Virus record (IMG/VR): IMGVR_UViG_3300009678_000043
Span: 1-25,047 of that record
Source: a virus
DNA: 25,047 bases
Direction: 5' to 3' (one strand)
Shown here: in pieces, positions 7,358-16,222 of the stretch
Position numbering within the stretch: the first letter of the stretch is position 1
How the letters are laid out: each line of letters starts with the position of its first letter
Program-made: the position numbers and the translations under genes
The notes under the pieces: model-generated
Databases searched by the model: none
Told to the model about the DNA's origin: nothing
Seen by the model: only the letters and a program-made list of their open reading frames with translations

Positions 7358-10225
7358 ATGGCCCTCTCTGCCACCTTCACGGCGAACTTCTCCAGCTTTT
7401 ATGACGCTGTAGACAAGGCCGAAGTGAAGTTGAAAGACTTCGGCGCCGGCGCCGAGAAGGCGGGCCAGCGGCTCAACGCGATGGGGAACCAGTTCTCCGG
7501 CGTCAAGATCATCCAGGACGCCACCTTGATGGTCAAGGCGATCGAGGACATTGGCGGCACGAGCAAGCTCACCGAGAAAGAGCTGGCCAAGCTCGGCAGT
7601 ACCGCGAATGAAGCGGTCGCTAAGATGAAGGCGCTCGGCATGGACGTGCCGAAGGGGCTCCAGAAGATCGCGGACGAAACCAAGAACGCCGGCAAGGCGA
7701 CGACCGACTGGATGGGGACGCTCACGAAGGTCGCGGGCGCGGTCGGGATCGCGTTCTCCGTCGATGCGGTCGTGGGGTTCGTCGGCTCAGTGTTCGATGC
7801 GGCGGACGCGGTCAAGGATCTCGGGAATCAGTGGGGCTTCTCGACGCAGGCGGTGCAGAAGTGGACGGGCGCGGCGCGTGATTCCGGTGTCTCGACCGAG
7901 TCGCTCGGCAAGAGTGTGCAGAACGTAACGGCGAAACTGACCGAAGCGGCGCCACTTTACGACGCGCTCCTCAAAAACATCGGGCTGTCTGGTGACGCGC
8001 TCCGCAAGATGAAGAGCGAAGACGCCTACAAGGAAGTCCTGAGGGCCCTGACCGCGGTGAAGGACGAAACCCTCCAGTACGACATGGCGCTCGCGATCCT
8101 CGGGCCGTCTGCGAAAGAAGTGATCGGCGGGATCCGGGACGGGCTCGTGGAGGCGACAGACGCCCAGATCACGATGTCCGACGAGACGATTAAGCGGCTC
8201 GCGGCGGCCAAGGACGCCTGGGGCAAGCTCAAAGACAACGTCATCACGTATTCCGGCGAGATGCTCGCGGCGGTCATGGATGCGGGCGAGAAGATGACAC
8301 GGTCCTGGACGAGTTTCTTTACGTATGCGGCGGCCGGCCTGCGTGACGTGATGGGCGGCTCGCAAACGCTCGCCGGGCTGCTGCGCGCGGAAGCGGCGCT
8401 CGAGGCCGTCGCCAAAGCAAATAAAGCCGTCGCGGATACCTCAGTGACGGCGGCGTCGCGCGGCGCCCTGATGGCGGGCGGGATGGAGACGGAGGCCCAG
8501 ATCGCGAAGCGGTTAGCGGACGAGAAAGAACGCCTCAGAAAAGCGGAGGCCGCCCGCACGAAGGCGCTCGAAGACGCGAAACGGATCGAAGAAGCGTATA
8601 CGCGCGAGCTCAAGAAGCACGACGACGCCCTCGATGCCCTCGTGAACAGTTTCGGCGGCGCGGGCGGGTCCGGCGCGATCGGGAAGGCGAACGATTACAT
8701 TGCCGCCTTGCGGATGGCGATCCCGATCGAGCAGATGTCGGCGAAAGCCAAGCTCGACATTCACAAGGCGATGGACGAGGCGATCGTCTCCTACCAAGCC
8801 GCGGGCCAGATGGCGCCGAAGGTCATGTACGACATCTGGCTCGCGACGCGAAACGCCACGGAGGGCGTGATCGAGTTTTCGTCCAAGTGGAAGAACTTCA
8901 CGGACATCGTGAACACGACGCCGATCGATCTCGGGAAAGGGTTCCAGATGGCCCCGCCGCCGGAGCTCACGCCGTGGAAGGACGCCTTTACCAGCTTCGC
9001 GGACACAATCCCGGCGATCTTTGAGAAAGCGATGTCGGCCCGCGGCCCTGGGATGGCCAAAGGACTCGGGGCGCAGGTAACGGAGGGGCTCAGCGCGACG
9101 ATCGCGTCAGCGATCGCGAAGGGGATGGAGGGTACGGACGCCCAGAACAATATGGCGGCGGGGATGGGCGTCGGGATCGTCGTGTCGATGTTCAGCGAAG
9201 TGTTCCGCAACATTGTCGAGGCGCGTGGGGCCGCGGAGGGGTTCCAACGGGCGCTCGCCGAGATGACGCGCGACATGCACGCCGATATGGTGGGGCCGAA
9301 TAGCCCGTACGAGGACTTCGAGGATCTCGAAGCGGCGGCCAACGCGCTCGGCCTCACGTTCGTGGATGTCTGGAATCCGGACGGCGTCACCACGTTCGGC
9401 CACCACTTGCAAGAGCGCATCAACGAGTTTGAACTCCTTCGGAAGGCCGCCGAGTTTCAGGCGCAAGCGCTGGACGAGGTCACGGCTGTGGCGGAGAAGT
9501 ACGGGTTTACGCTCGCGGAGCTCGGGCCGGCGATGCAGCGGCAGGAGCTCGACAAACAGGCGCAACAACTCTTCAAGGACTGGGAGCTCCTCAACGCCGC
9601 CGGCATTGACACGGTCGCGATTACGGAACGGATGGCTGAGGCGGTCAATGACTACGTCGGCGATGCGCTCTCGATGGGGATCGAGATTCCCTCGGCGATG
9701 CGGCCGATGTTGGAATCCTTCGTTAAGGCGGGGACACTACTTGATGAGAACGGCGAGATCATTACCGATCTCGAGGATTCAGGGATCTCGTTCGCGATGA
9801 CGATGAGCGAGGGCTTTACCCGGCTGATCGACAAGGTCGGTGAACTCACGGACGCCATTTCCCGCGGGTTAGGCTTGGCGATCGAGAACATTCCGCAACC
9901 AGAGGTCACTGGCACGGTGCGCTGGCATGTGGAAGGGATTCCACAAGTCAACGATCGGCCTGGGGGCGGCGCGGCGCCGGAGTACGCCAAAGGCACAGAC
10001 GGGTTTAAGAACTTCGGCGCCGGCACGCCGGTGATACTCCACGGCTGGGAGGCGGTCGTGCCGCGTGACCAGGCGAATGCGACGGTCACGGGCGGCGGCG
10101 GCGCCGCGGCGCTCGGCGGCGGGATGATGACCGTGATCGTCGAGGCCGATGGCCGGCAGATTTCGCGGATCGTCGCGCCCTACCTCCCCGGCGAAGTGCG
10201 GCGGCTCGGGCTGGCGCGGGGGTAA
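7358..10225 (+). CDS. Tail tape measure protein, 955 aa
   Basis: It is the largest gene and follows G/GT. It is alpha-helical and Ala/Glu/Lys-rich, with a hydrophobic Gly-rich stretch (AAGMGVGIVVSMF) and a typical C-terminal end. Confidence 0.85.
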   Translation: MALSATFTANFSSFYDAVDKAEVKLKDFGAGAEKAGQRLNAMGNQFSGVKIIQDATLMVKAIEDIGGTSKLTEKELAKLGSTANEAVAKMKALGMDVPKGLQKIADETKNAGKATTDWMGTLTKVAGAVGIAFSVDAVVGFVGSVFDAADAVKDLGNQWGFSTQAVQKWTGAARDSGVSTESLGKSVQNVTAKLTEAAPLYDALLKNIGLSGDALRKMKSEDAYKEVLRALTAVKDETLQYDMALAILGPSAKEVIGGIRDGLVEATDAQITMSDETIKRLAAAKDAWGKLKDNVITYSGEMLAAVMDAGEKMTRSWTSFFTYAAAGLRDVMGGSQTLAGLLRAEAALEAVAKANKAVADTSVTAASRGALMAGGMETEAQIAKRLADEKERLRKAEAARTKALEDAKRIEEAYTRELKKHDDALDALVNSFGGAGGSGAIGKANDYIAALRMAIPIEQMSAKAKLDIHKAMDEAIVSYQAAGQMAPKVMYDIWLATRNATEGVIEFSSKWKNFTDIVNTTPIDLGKGFQMAPPPELTPWKDAFTSFADTIPAIFEKAMSARGPGMAKGLGAQVTEGLSATIASAIAKGMEGTDAQNNMAAGMGVGIVVSMFSEVFRNIVEARGAAEGFQRALAEMTRDMHADMVGPNSPYEDFEDLEAAANALGLTFVDVWNPDGVTTFGHHLQERINEFELLRKAAEFQAQALDEVTAVAEKYGFTLAELGPAMQRQELDKQAQQLFKDWELLNAAGIDTVAITERMAEAVNDYVGDALSMGIEIPSAMRPMLESFVKAGTLLDENGEIITDLEDSGISFAMTMSEGFTRLIDKVGELTDAISRGLGLAIENIPQPEVTGTVRWHVEGIPQVNDRPGGGAAPEYAKGTDGFKNFGAGTPVILHGWEAVVPRDQANATVTGGGGAAALGGGMMTVIVEADGRQISRIVAPYLPGEVRRLGLARG

Positions 10226-10230
10226 CGGGG

Positions 10231-11313
10231 ATGCTGCTCTATCTGGACTCCTTCGATCATTACGTGACGGCCGATGTGCTGGAGAAATGGACTACGGGGG
10301 CCGCGGGCGGCACGGGCTCCACGATTACCATTCAGCCCACGAGTGGGCGGCGCGGGTCGGGCGGGTGGCGGTGGGTGACTGGAACGTTGCCGTCCTCGGC
10401 CGTCGGCGGATTTCTCCGGCGCACGGTGACGCCCGCCGATGCGACCGCGATCCTCGGCTTTGCTTTCCGCGCGAGTGGCGTCCCAGGGGCGGCCGGGTAC
10501 GGCATCGCGTGGATTGATCACAGCGGATCGCCGCAGGTCACGGTTCGGCTGAACCAGGACTTGACGATCTCCGTGGTGCGGGGCGGCCCCGCGGGCACGA
10601 CCCTCGGGACGACGTCGGCCGTCCTGACGGTGGATACCTACGCGTACCTTGAACTGAAGGTCATGATTGCGAATACGGGCGGGACCGTCACGCTCCGCGT
10701 CAATGGCGCCACGGTCCTCGGCCCCGTCACCGGCGACACGCAAGCCACCGGGTCGGCGGTGTGGACGGGGGCCGCGATCGGCCATCCTTCAGGGGTGTCC
10801 AACGCCACCACGACGACGTCGCGGAACGTGGACTTCGATGATGTGTACGTCGGCGACGGCAGCGGCGCCGCCCCGTGGAACACGTTTCTCGGTGATTGCC
10901 GGGTCGATGCGCGGGTCCCCACTGCGCCGGGCGCGACGACCGGCTGGACGCCGTCGGCGGGCGCGAATTGGCAATGTGTCGATGAGGCGGCGCCTAATGA
11001 CGACACCGACTATACGACTGCCGCGGCCGTGAGTCTCACCGACACGTTTGCGGCGGCGGCGGCGGCGCCGGTGGCCGGGGCCACGATCTACGGCGTCCAG
11101 CATTGTCTGAGTGTCCGGAAGACCGATGCGGGCGTGTGTACGATCGCGCCGGTCATCCGCCACAGCGGCACGGACTATCCCGGGGCGGCGATCAGTCCGG
11201 GCACGGCCTACGCCTACGGCCTGCAAATCGCGGCCACCAATCCGGGGACCGCCGCGGCGTGGACGGAGAGCGACTTCAACGCCGCCGAGTTCGGCTATTC
11301 GCGGATCACGTAA
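10231..11313 (+). CDS. Tail-tip structural protein (position of distal tail protein; possible jelly-roll/LamG-like fold)
   Basis: 360 aa, immediately after the tape measure gene. It is beta-rich and Gly/Thr/Ala-rich. The function is assigned from position only. Confidence 0.6.
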   Translation: MLLYLDSFDHYVTADVLEKWTTGAAGGTGSTITIQPTSGRRGSGGWRWVTGTLPSSAVGGFLRRTVTPADATAILGFAFRASGVPGAAGYGIAWIDHSGSPQVTVRLNQDLTISVVRGGPAGTTLGTTSAVLTVDTYAYLELKVMIANTGGTVTLRVNGATVLGPVTGDTQATGSAVWTGAAIGHPSGVSNATTTTSRNVDFDDVYVGDGSGAAPWNTFLGDCRVDARVPTAPGATTGWTPSAGANWQCVDEAAPNDDTDYTTAAAVSLTDTFAAAAAAPVAGATIYGVQHCLSVRKTDAGVCTIAPVIRHSGTDYPGAAISPGTAYAYGLQIAATNPGTAAAWTESDFNAAEFGYSRIT

Positions 11314-11323
11314 AGGCGACGTT

Positions 11324-12874
11324 GTGGCGGACGCGCGGATTACCCAGGCCGTCATCGAAACCCTGACGGCGACGACGCCGATTCCCGGCCGGGTCTCGCA
11401 ATACGTCGTCGAAGTGCTCAGTGCGTCGGCCCCGCCCGTCACCGCGCCGCCGGTCTATGTCATCAGCATCGGCGAGGTCGAGGTGGTCCCGCTCCTCGCG
11501 ACGTTCCGAATCCAGGAAACGATCGACGCGCCGGACACGATGATCGCCGACGTGTTCACCGTGGGCACACCCTTCGTCCGCTTCTCGCTCGGGCAACCCG
11601 TGGTCGTGACCGAGGACGGCGTCCGGATCTTCGGCGGCGTCGTCACCGGGATCCGCGAGCAGGGGCTGACCGGCCCCAGTGCGACCGATCTGGTGGTCGA
11701 GATCCAGGCGACCAGCTACGAACTCTCCGCGGCCCGCCGGGTCATCACCGCGGCCATTAGCCAGGATGGGGCCGAGACCATCGGCGCCGCGTTCGCGATG
11801 CTCGTGACCGACTACTACGCCGAGGTCGGCGTGTCGCTCCATCCCAGTCAAGTGGCGGGGCCGGCGCTGCCGGCCGCGACCTTCACGCGCACGCGCGGCG
11901 ATGCGGTCAATAAGCAACTGGCGTCGTCGGTCGGCTACCTGCAGTCGATTGACTTCGAGAACCGGCTGCGCGCCTGGGCGCCAGGCGACATCCTCGCGCC
12001 GGCCGCCTATGACGAAACCGTCAACCCAGAGATTTTGATGGGCGACATCACGGTCGAGCGGCAACTCCAGAACGGGTACGCCAATCGGATCATCCTGGTC
12101 GGCGATCCCATCCCGGTGCCCGATCACAAAGATTCCTACACGGGCGACGGCGTCAATGCCACCTGGCCCGTCACCTATACCGTGACCGGGCCGTTCCCGT
12201 ATTTCGTCGATGGCGCGGTCGCGTTCGGAGTGGTGGAGTATCCGGCCACGAGCACGACCGAATCGATCGGCGGCGTGGAAGCCCCGCCCGGGTTTCTGTG
12301 GGAATACGATCCGATCGCGCTGACGATCCATCGCCGCGGCGGGCCGGTCGCCGCCGGCGTCGCGTTCGACTTCCGGTACCACGGCCTCTTCATCCCGGCG
12401 GGGACGGCCGAGGACGCGGGCGAGATCGCGATCTACGGCCTCTGGGAGCACGTCGAAGCGGTCACGGCCGTGATCACGGACGTCTCGGCACAGGGCTATG
12501 CGGAGGCGCTCCTGGCCGCCAAGATCGCGAGCAAGGACGAGATCGTCCGGCTCCAGACCCGGGCGCTTGGCTTTCACCCGGGGCAGACGATGACGATCGA
12601 TTCGTTCTCGCGGGAACTCGGCGGCGACTACCTGATCACCCAGGTCGATACCGGGTCCGAGAGTGGCGGGATCCTGCTGGTGCGATCGATCACCGCCTCG
12701 AAGAGTCAGAACAACACGCACGACTGGCGGCGCGTCTATCAACAGTGGGCGGGCGCCGCGGCGAGCGTCGGCGGGACACCGGGGATCTGGTTCGGCGGCG
12801 GGGACATGGCCGATCTCGTCGCGCGGTCGGGCGTCGCACGATCCGGCGCGACGCGCAGCGGCTACATGGGATAG
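11324..12874 (+). CDS. Tail-tip / baseplate hub-like protein, about 516 aa
   Basis: GTG 11324 is preceded by AAAGG. The upstream part of track ORF 11111..12874 overlaps the previous gene out of frame. Position and size fit a tail-associated hub or host-specificity protein. Confidence 0.6.
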   Translation: MADARITQAVIETLTATTPIPGRVSQYVVEVLSASAPPVTAPPVYVISIGEVEVVPLLATFRIQETIDAPDTMIADVFTVGTPFVRFSLGQPVVVTEDGVRIFGGVVTGIREQGLTGPSATDLVVEIQATSYELSAARRVITAAISQDGAETIGAAFAMLVTDYYAEVGVSLHPSQVAGPALPAATFTRTRGDAVNKQLASSVGYLQSIDFENRLRAWAPGDILAPAAYDETVNPEILMGDITVERQLQNGYANRIILVGDPIPVPDHKDSYTGDGVNATWPVTYTVTGPFPYFVDGAVAFGVVEYPATSTTESIGGVEAPPGFLWEYDPIALTIHRRGGPVAAGVAFDFRYHGLFIPAGTAEDAGEIAIYGLWEHVEAVTAVITDVSAQGYAEALLAAKIASKDEIVRLQTRALGFHPGQTMTIDSFSRELGGDYLITQVDTGSESGGILLVRSITASKSQNNTHDWRRVYQQWAGAAASVGGTPGIWFGGGDMADLVARSGVARSGATRSGYMG

Positions 12875-12887
12875 AAGGGGAGCAGAT

Positions 12888-13382
12888 ATGCCAATCACGC
12901 GGACGGTGATGGTCGATGACGACGGCTCCGGTACCACCGGAACGATCCTGAACAATGCGTGGTTGCAAACGATCTACAACCAGATCGACGGCGCGGCCGG
13001 CGCCTGGACGGATGTGGCCTTTGATGCGGCCAACTACACCGCGGCGGCCGGGACGTGGACGGTCGCGGCGGGGTTTCAATCAGTCCTGCGCTATCTGGTC
13101 GCGCCGGGGCCGCGGATCGTGTTCGTCACCTTCTCCCTGGGCGGCAATACCACGATCTCGGCCTCGACGGCGTATCTCGCGATCACGTGTCCGGGGATGC
13201 CGGCGCCGCTCGCCGCCTCACAATCTACCTTCGCGTATTGGATTGTGAGCGGGCTGGGCGTGGGCGTCTGTAGCCCGACAGCCCCCTCGATCCAGTTGGC
13301 GCGGGATATTTCCGGGACGCCGTTTCCCGCGCAAACGAGCGGGATCACCTATCTGCAAGGCGAAGTCTTTTACCGCTACTGA
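12888..13382 (+). CDS. Putative tail fibre / receptor-binding protein, 164 aa
   Basis: ATG 12888 follows GGGGAG. The N-terminal DDDGSGTTGTILNNAWLQTIYNQID motif is common at the N-termini of phage fibre proteins (from memory). It is the last large gene of the tail module. Confidence 0.55.
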   Translation: MPITRTVMVDDDGSGTTGTILNNAWLQTIYNQIDGAAGAWTDVAFDAANYTAAAGTWTVAAGFQSVLRYLVAPGPRIVFVTFSLGGNTTISASTAYLAITCPGMPAPLAASQSTFAYWIVSGLGVGVCSPTAPSIQLARDISGTPFPAQTSGITYLQGEVFYRY

Positions 13383-13395
13383 CCGGGAGGATCGG

Positions 13396-13680
13396 ATGGC
13401 TGCGCCATTTCCGCCACAAGGTAACCAGACGCCGCACACGGAACGGCCGCTCAAGATCTACGCGGAGCAATATCTGGCCGCGGCGCCGCTCCCAGTGGGG
13501 ACGTCGGTCGAGATCGTCCCGCCGGGGTATGAGGACGGCCGGCCCAGGGTGTATCTGCCGGGCGGGCCGAAGGACCTCCATGAGACCGACTGGGTCATCT
13601 CGAACCGCTACACCGGGGTGCCGGTCGAAGTCATCTCAGCGGAAGAGTTCGCGGAGCGGTTTGGACCGGCCAGCGAGTAG
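13396..13680 (+). CDS. Hypothetical protein, 94 aa (last gene of the late operon)
   Basis: ATG 13396 follows GGGAGGA. High G/C third-position bias. No recognisable motif. Confidence 0.6.
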   Translation: MAAPFPPQGNQTPHTERPLKIYAEQYLAAAPLPVGTSVEIVPPGYEDGRPRVYLPGGPKDLHETDWVISNRYTGVPVEVISAEEFAERFGPASE

Positions 13681-13695
13681 AAAACCCGTGATTCT

Positions 13696-13710
13696 ATTCA
13701 CGTATTGTTC
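13696..13710 (+). repeat. Arm-type direct repeat ATTCACGTATTGTTC, copy 1 (P arm candidate)
   Basis: A perfect 15-mer repeated at 13925..13939. The two copies flank the tRNA-derived core. Confidence 0.6.
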
Positions 13711-13758
13711 CCGCTCGGTCAGAAACGTGCAAAAACCTTAGGGAAAACGCAGTTTACG

Positions 13759-13808
13759 CCGCGTTCGCAACGCGGAGGTCGCGAGTTCGAGCCTCGCGCC
13801 GTCCACCA
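13759..13808 (+). other. attP core: 3' 50 nt of a tRNA-Ala(CGC) gene (anticodon arm, variable loop, T arm, acceptor 3' strand, CCA)
   Basis: Anticodon arm CCGCG-TTCGCAA-CGCGG (anticodon CGC), variable loop AGGTC, T arm GCGAG-TTCGAGC-CTCGC, then GCCGTCC-A-CCA. T at position 70 fits the Ala G3:U70 identity pair. No matching 5' acceptor strand or D arm lies upstream, so this is a fragment and not a gene. Confidence 0.75.
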
Positions 13809-13916
13809 ACAAAATCCCCGAAACAACCAATGAATCCGGGCCTAAATCAAGGGTCCGGTGTGCGCAGCCGCGCTCGCTCCCAACGCCGTTAAACGCCACC
13901 TTTCGCCGCCTTTCTG

Positions 13917-13949
13917 CACGTTTCATTCACGTATTGTTCACGTAGATTT
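13917..13949 (+). repeat. Three tandem 11-bp units (CACGTTTCATT, CACGTATTGTT, CACGTAGATTT) containing arm repeat copy 2 (13925..13939); P' arm candidate
   Basis: CACGT recurs at 13917, 13928 and 13939, one helical turn apart. The block overlaps the last codons of the minus-strand gene 13927..14277. Confidence 0.55.
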
Positions 13950-14277
13950 CCAACGGGCGCCCGCAGCCGGGACAGTGCGTGTAGTGGTTCTCGCGCGGCC
14001 CGCCGTTGATGAACGCGAACGCGCGGTCGCAGGCCGTGTCCCACTTGTCGGTTTCGTCGAGGAACGACTCGTCGCGCGCCCAGCGGCACGGCGGCGCGGG
14101 CGCGGTCAGCCGGTCGATCGCAAGGTTTGCCTGGCGGAGCGTGTGCTGGAAGCCGGCACGCTCTTTCGACAGCCGGTCGATCTCCGTGAGGGCGGCGCCG
14201 ATGGCGGCAGCAACATCCTCATTCCCGCCGCAGCAAAGTTCAGAGAAGCTCCGCAGCGTCTCGCGCCAGTCGCTCAT
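13927..14277 (-). CDS. Hypothetical coiled-coil protein with a C-terminal Cys/His cluster, 116 aa (paralogue of the next gene)
   Basis: The ATG overlaps the upstream stop (ATGA). Contains AALTEIDRLSKERAGF and LAIDRLT motifs, then HYTHCPGCG. Confidence 0.65.
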   Translation of the reverse strand: MSDWRETLRSFSELCCGGNEDVAAAIGAALTEIDRLSKERAGFQHTLRQANLAIDRLTAPAPPCRWARDESFLDETDKWDTACDRAFAFINGGPRENHYTHCPGCGRPLEIYVNNT

Positions 14278-14519
14278 CGCGTCTCCTTCGGCGCGTTCAC
14301 CGCGTCCGCGAGAATCGAGCGCACCGTGCCGAGATGCGTCCGATCTTTGTTTGCAAGGGCGAGATGAATCGCCTCACGCAACCTGTCAATCTCCGTCAAC
14401 CCCACGCGCTCGCGCCACGTCAGCCGGTCGATCTCCGCCAGGGCGGCGTCGAGATCGGCCTTGATCATTGCCCGGTGCGTCTGAAGCCATTCAAGCCGGT
14501 TCTCAAGATCCGTCATCAC
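14274..14519 (-). CDS. Hypothetical coiled-coil protein, 81 aa
   Basis: The ATG overlaps the integrase stop (ATGA). Contains AALAEIDRLTWRERVGLTEIDRLREA. Confidence 0.65.
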   Translation of the reverse strand: MMTDLENRLEWLQTHRAMIKADLDAALAEIDRLTWRERVGLTEIDRLREAIHLALANKDRTHLGTVRSILADAVNAPKETR

Positions 14520-15574
14520 GCCCTCTTTCTCAGTCGCGGGGCGCCGACCATCGCCAGCTGGTCCTCACGCCGCGCCTCCGCATAGATCCGGAGCAGCATC
14601 TCCGGGTGCTTCCAGTTCCCCTGCTTCTGGACGGCGCTAATCGGGGAGCCTTTCTCGAGCAAGTACCGGGTCGCGCCCGTGCGCCGGGTCGCCCAGTGGA
14701 ACGTCAGCCCGCCCTGGCGGCGCCCGTAGCGGAGCCCGGCCTTGGTACAGAGATACTCGAACCGCTGACGGACGGACCCGACCCAGTCCCGCGGGTTGCT
14801 GGCGCGTCGGAACTTCGAAAAGTAGTACCGCTCGTCCGTCCGCTCGATCTCTTTCAGGACGGCCAAGGCGCGGGCCGAGAGGGCCGTCTCGTAGGCGTCC
14901 CCGCTCTTGGCGTGCTTGACGTACAGCCAGTGGCCGTCATGCTCGCTCCGCTCGAGGTCGAGCAGGTCGCCCAGGCGGATCATGGTGTCGATGCCGAGGA
15001 TGATGATGGCCCGGTCCTGGGCATCCTCGCAAGCGTCAAGGAGCTTCGCCTCTTCGGCCGGCTGGAGGAGGCGGCGCTTGATGGGCGGCGCCTTCAACCG
15101 CTTCAGCCCGACAATAGGGGAGACCGTCAGGTACTTCGGGACGGCATCGCGCAGCATCCCCTTTAGGAGATCCACCTCGCGATTCACGGTCCGCGGCTGG
15201 ACTTTGCGCGCGGCGATGTACGTGCGGACGCGGTCGGCGTCGAGGTTCGACAGCAGGTCGTGCCCAAAGAAGATCCGCAGCGGCTTGAGCATCTCGAGCT
15301 CGCGTCGCGCGCCACGGCGGAGCGCGATCACATCCCGGGCGTAGGCGTCGGCATAGGCGCTGAACCGCACCATCGCCGGGCCGTTGGGTAACCGTTTCAC
15401 CTTCTGCTCGGCGACCTCGAGCATCCGGCGCTGATAAGCATCTTTCGCTAGGCGCTTGGCATCGGCGCGCTGGGTGATCGTGTCGCCGAGGAGAATCGGT
15501 GTCCGCTCTCGCTGCTTGGTCGTCTCGAGGTAGAGCCACCAGTACTGCGAGTCGGGGCGCTTAAAGATCCCCAT
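14516..15574 (-). CDS. int: Tyrosine integrase (phage integrase family)
   Basis: Starts MGIFKRPDSQYWWLYLE, with the ATG overlapping the upstream stop (TGATG). Catalytic signature: TMIRLGDLL (Arg), FHWATRRTGAT (His/Arg box), NWKHPEMLLRIYAE (His and the Tyr nucleophile). Adjacent to the tRNA-derived attP. Confidence 0.9.
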   Translation of the reverse strand: MGIFKRPDSQYWWLYLETTKQRERTPILLGDTITQRADAKRLAKDAYQRRMLEVAEQKVKRLPNGPAMVRFSAYADAYARDVIALRRGARRELEMLKPLRIFFGHDLLSNLDADRVRTYIAARKVQPRTVNREVDLLKGMLRDAVPKYLTVSPIVGLKRLKAPPIKRRLLQPAEEAKLLDACEDAQDRAIIILGIDTMIRLGDLLDLERSEHDGHWLYVKHAKSGDAYETALSARALAVLKEIERTDERYYFSKFRRASNPRDWVGSVRQRFEYLCTKAGLRYGRRQGGLTFHWATRRTGATRYLLEKGSPISAVQKQGNWKHPEMLLRIYAEARREDQLAMVGAPRLRKRA

Positions 15575-15774
15575 CAACCGAACGCCTTCCAGATGAGCGT
15601 GATGACACCAGCGAGCGTCATCCCGACCATCCACTTGAGGACCGCTAGATCTGTGCGAATCGCCGCGACCTGACGCTCATAGTCGGCCAGTTCTTCGGCG
15701 GCTTTTTGGGCCAGGGCCAAGTCGGCCCCCGCATTCACGAGGGCATCTTCTAACGCACCGAGTCGCAGGCTCAT
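15574..15774 (-). CDS. DUF1640-like coiled-coil protein with a C-terminal membrane anchor, 66 aa
   Basis: Translation: MSLRLGALEDALVNAGADLALAQKAAEELADYERQVAAIRTDLAVLKWMVGMTLAGVITLIWKAFG. The LKWM-x-G...L..K.F tail is the DUF1640 signature as I remember it. Confidence 0.6.
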   Translation of the reverse strand: MSLRLGALEDALVNAGADLALAQKAAEELADYERQVAAIRTDLAVLKWMVGMTLAGVITLIWKAFG

Positions 15775-16061
15775 CGTCTTCTCGTTTCCTTTCTGGTCTT
15801 CTTCGTCTTCGGCCGCGGTCGGCGTCGCCGCGTGGGCGCGGTCGTTTCGACGGAGGCTTTGCCGCCCGTCGTGGCCATCACATCGAGTCGGGTCGCCGCG
15901 TGGAGGTGCTTGGCGTCACGGAGGACAGCGTCCGCCTGAGTGCGCATCACGCTTCGCTGTATCTGCTCGAGCACCTCGCGCATCCGCCGGGTGGTCTCCT
16001 GCATGTACTTGTTGGTCTCAGCGAGGTCCCTCAACATCTCTTCGATCTCGGCTCGTGTCAT
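15771..16061 (-). CDS. Hypothetical coiled-coil protein with a highly basic C-terminal tail, 96 aa
   Basis: ATG 16061 is preceded by GAGGGA. Starts MTRAEIEEMLRDLAETNKYMQE and ends ...TRRRRPRPKTKKTRKETRRR. The track version (start 16223) would begin upstream of the predicted transcription start. Confidence 0.6.
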   Translation of the reverse strand: MTRAEIEEMLRDLAETNKYMQETTRRMREVLEQIQRSVMRTQADAVLRDAKHLHAATRLDVMATTGGKASVETTAPTRRRRPRPKTKKTRKETRRR

Positions 16062-16216
16062 TCGGCTTTCCCTCGTTTGGCTTTGCGGGCCTTCGCCCAC
16101 CGCCGGCCGACGATTTTCCGCGCATGGGCCGTGCGTTCTGCAGATGTCGTGTTCGCCCACCTGGCGCGCGCGAGTGTCGCCGCGGCTTCGTTCTTGGGTC
16201 GGGTCTTCGTTTCCAT
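16058..16216 (-). CDS. Small basic protein, 52 aa (not in the ORF track); first gene of the integrase operon
   Basis: Hand translation: METKTRPKNEAAATLARARWANTTSAERTAHARKIVGRRWAKARKAKRGKAE. Its stop overlaps the next ATG (ATGA). The ATG lies exactly 6 nt after a TATAGT -10 box. The ARARWA...ARK...RWAKA pattern recurs in small phage and plasmid proteins (from memory). Confidence 0.5.
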   Translation of the reverse strand: METKTRPKNEAAATLARARWANTTSAERTAHARKIVGRRWAKARKAKRGKAE

Positions 16217-16222
16217 GGCGCA

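Noticed and set aside
13741-13808. Possible complete tRNA gene.
   Set aside because: Only the anticodon arm through the CCA end is present. The upstream sequence has no D arm and no 5' acceptor strand complementary to GCCGTCC, so it is an attP fragment and not a functional tRNA.
13738-13926. 62-aa minus-strand ORF across the attP region.
   Set aside because: It is simply the reverse translation of the tRNA-derived fragment (the ...ARLELATSALRT... peptide is the usual tRNA artefact). It has no RBS or coding bias.
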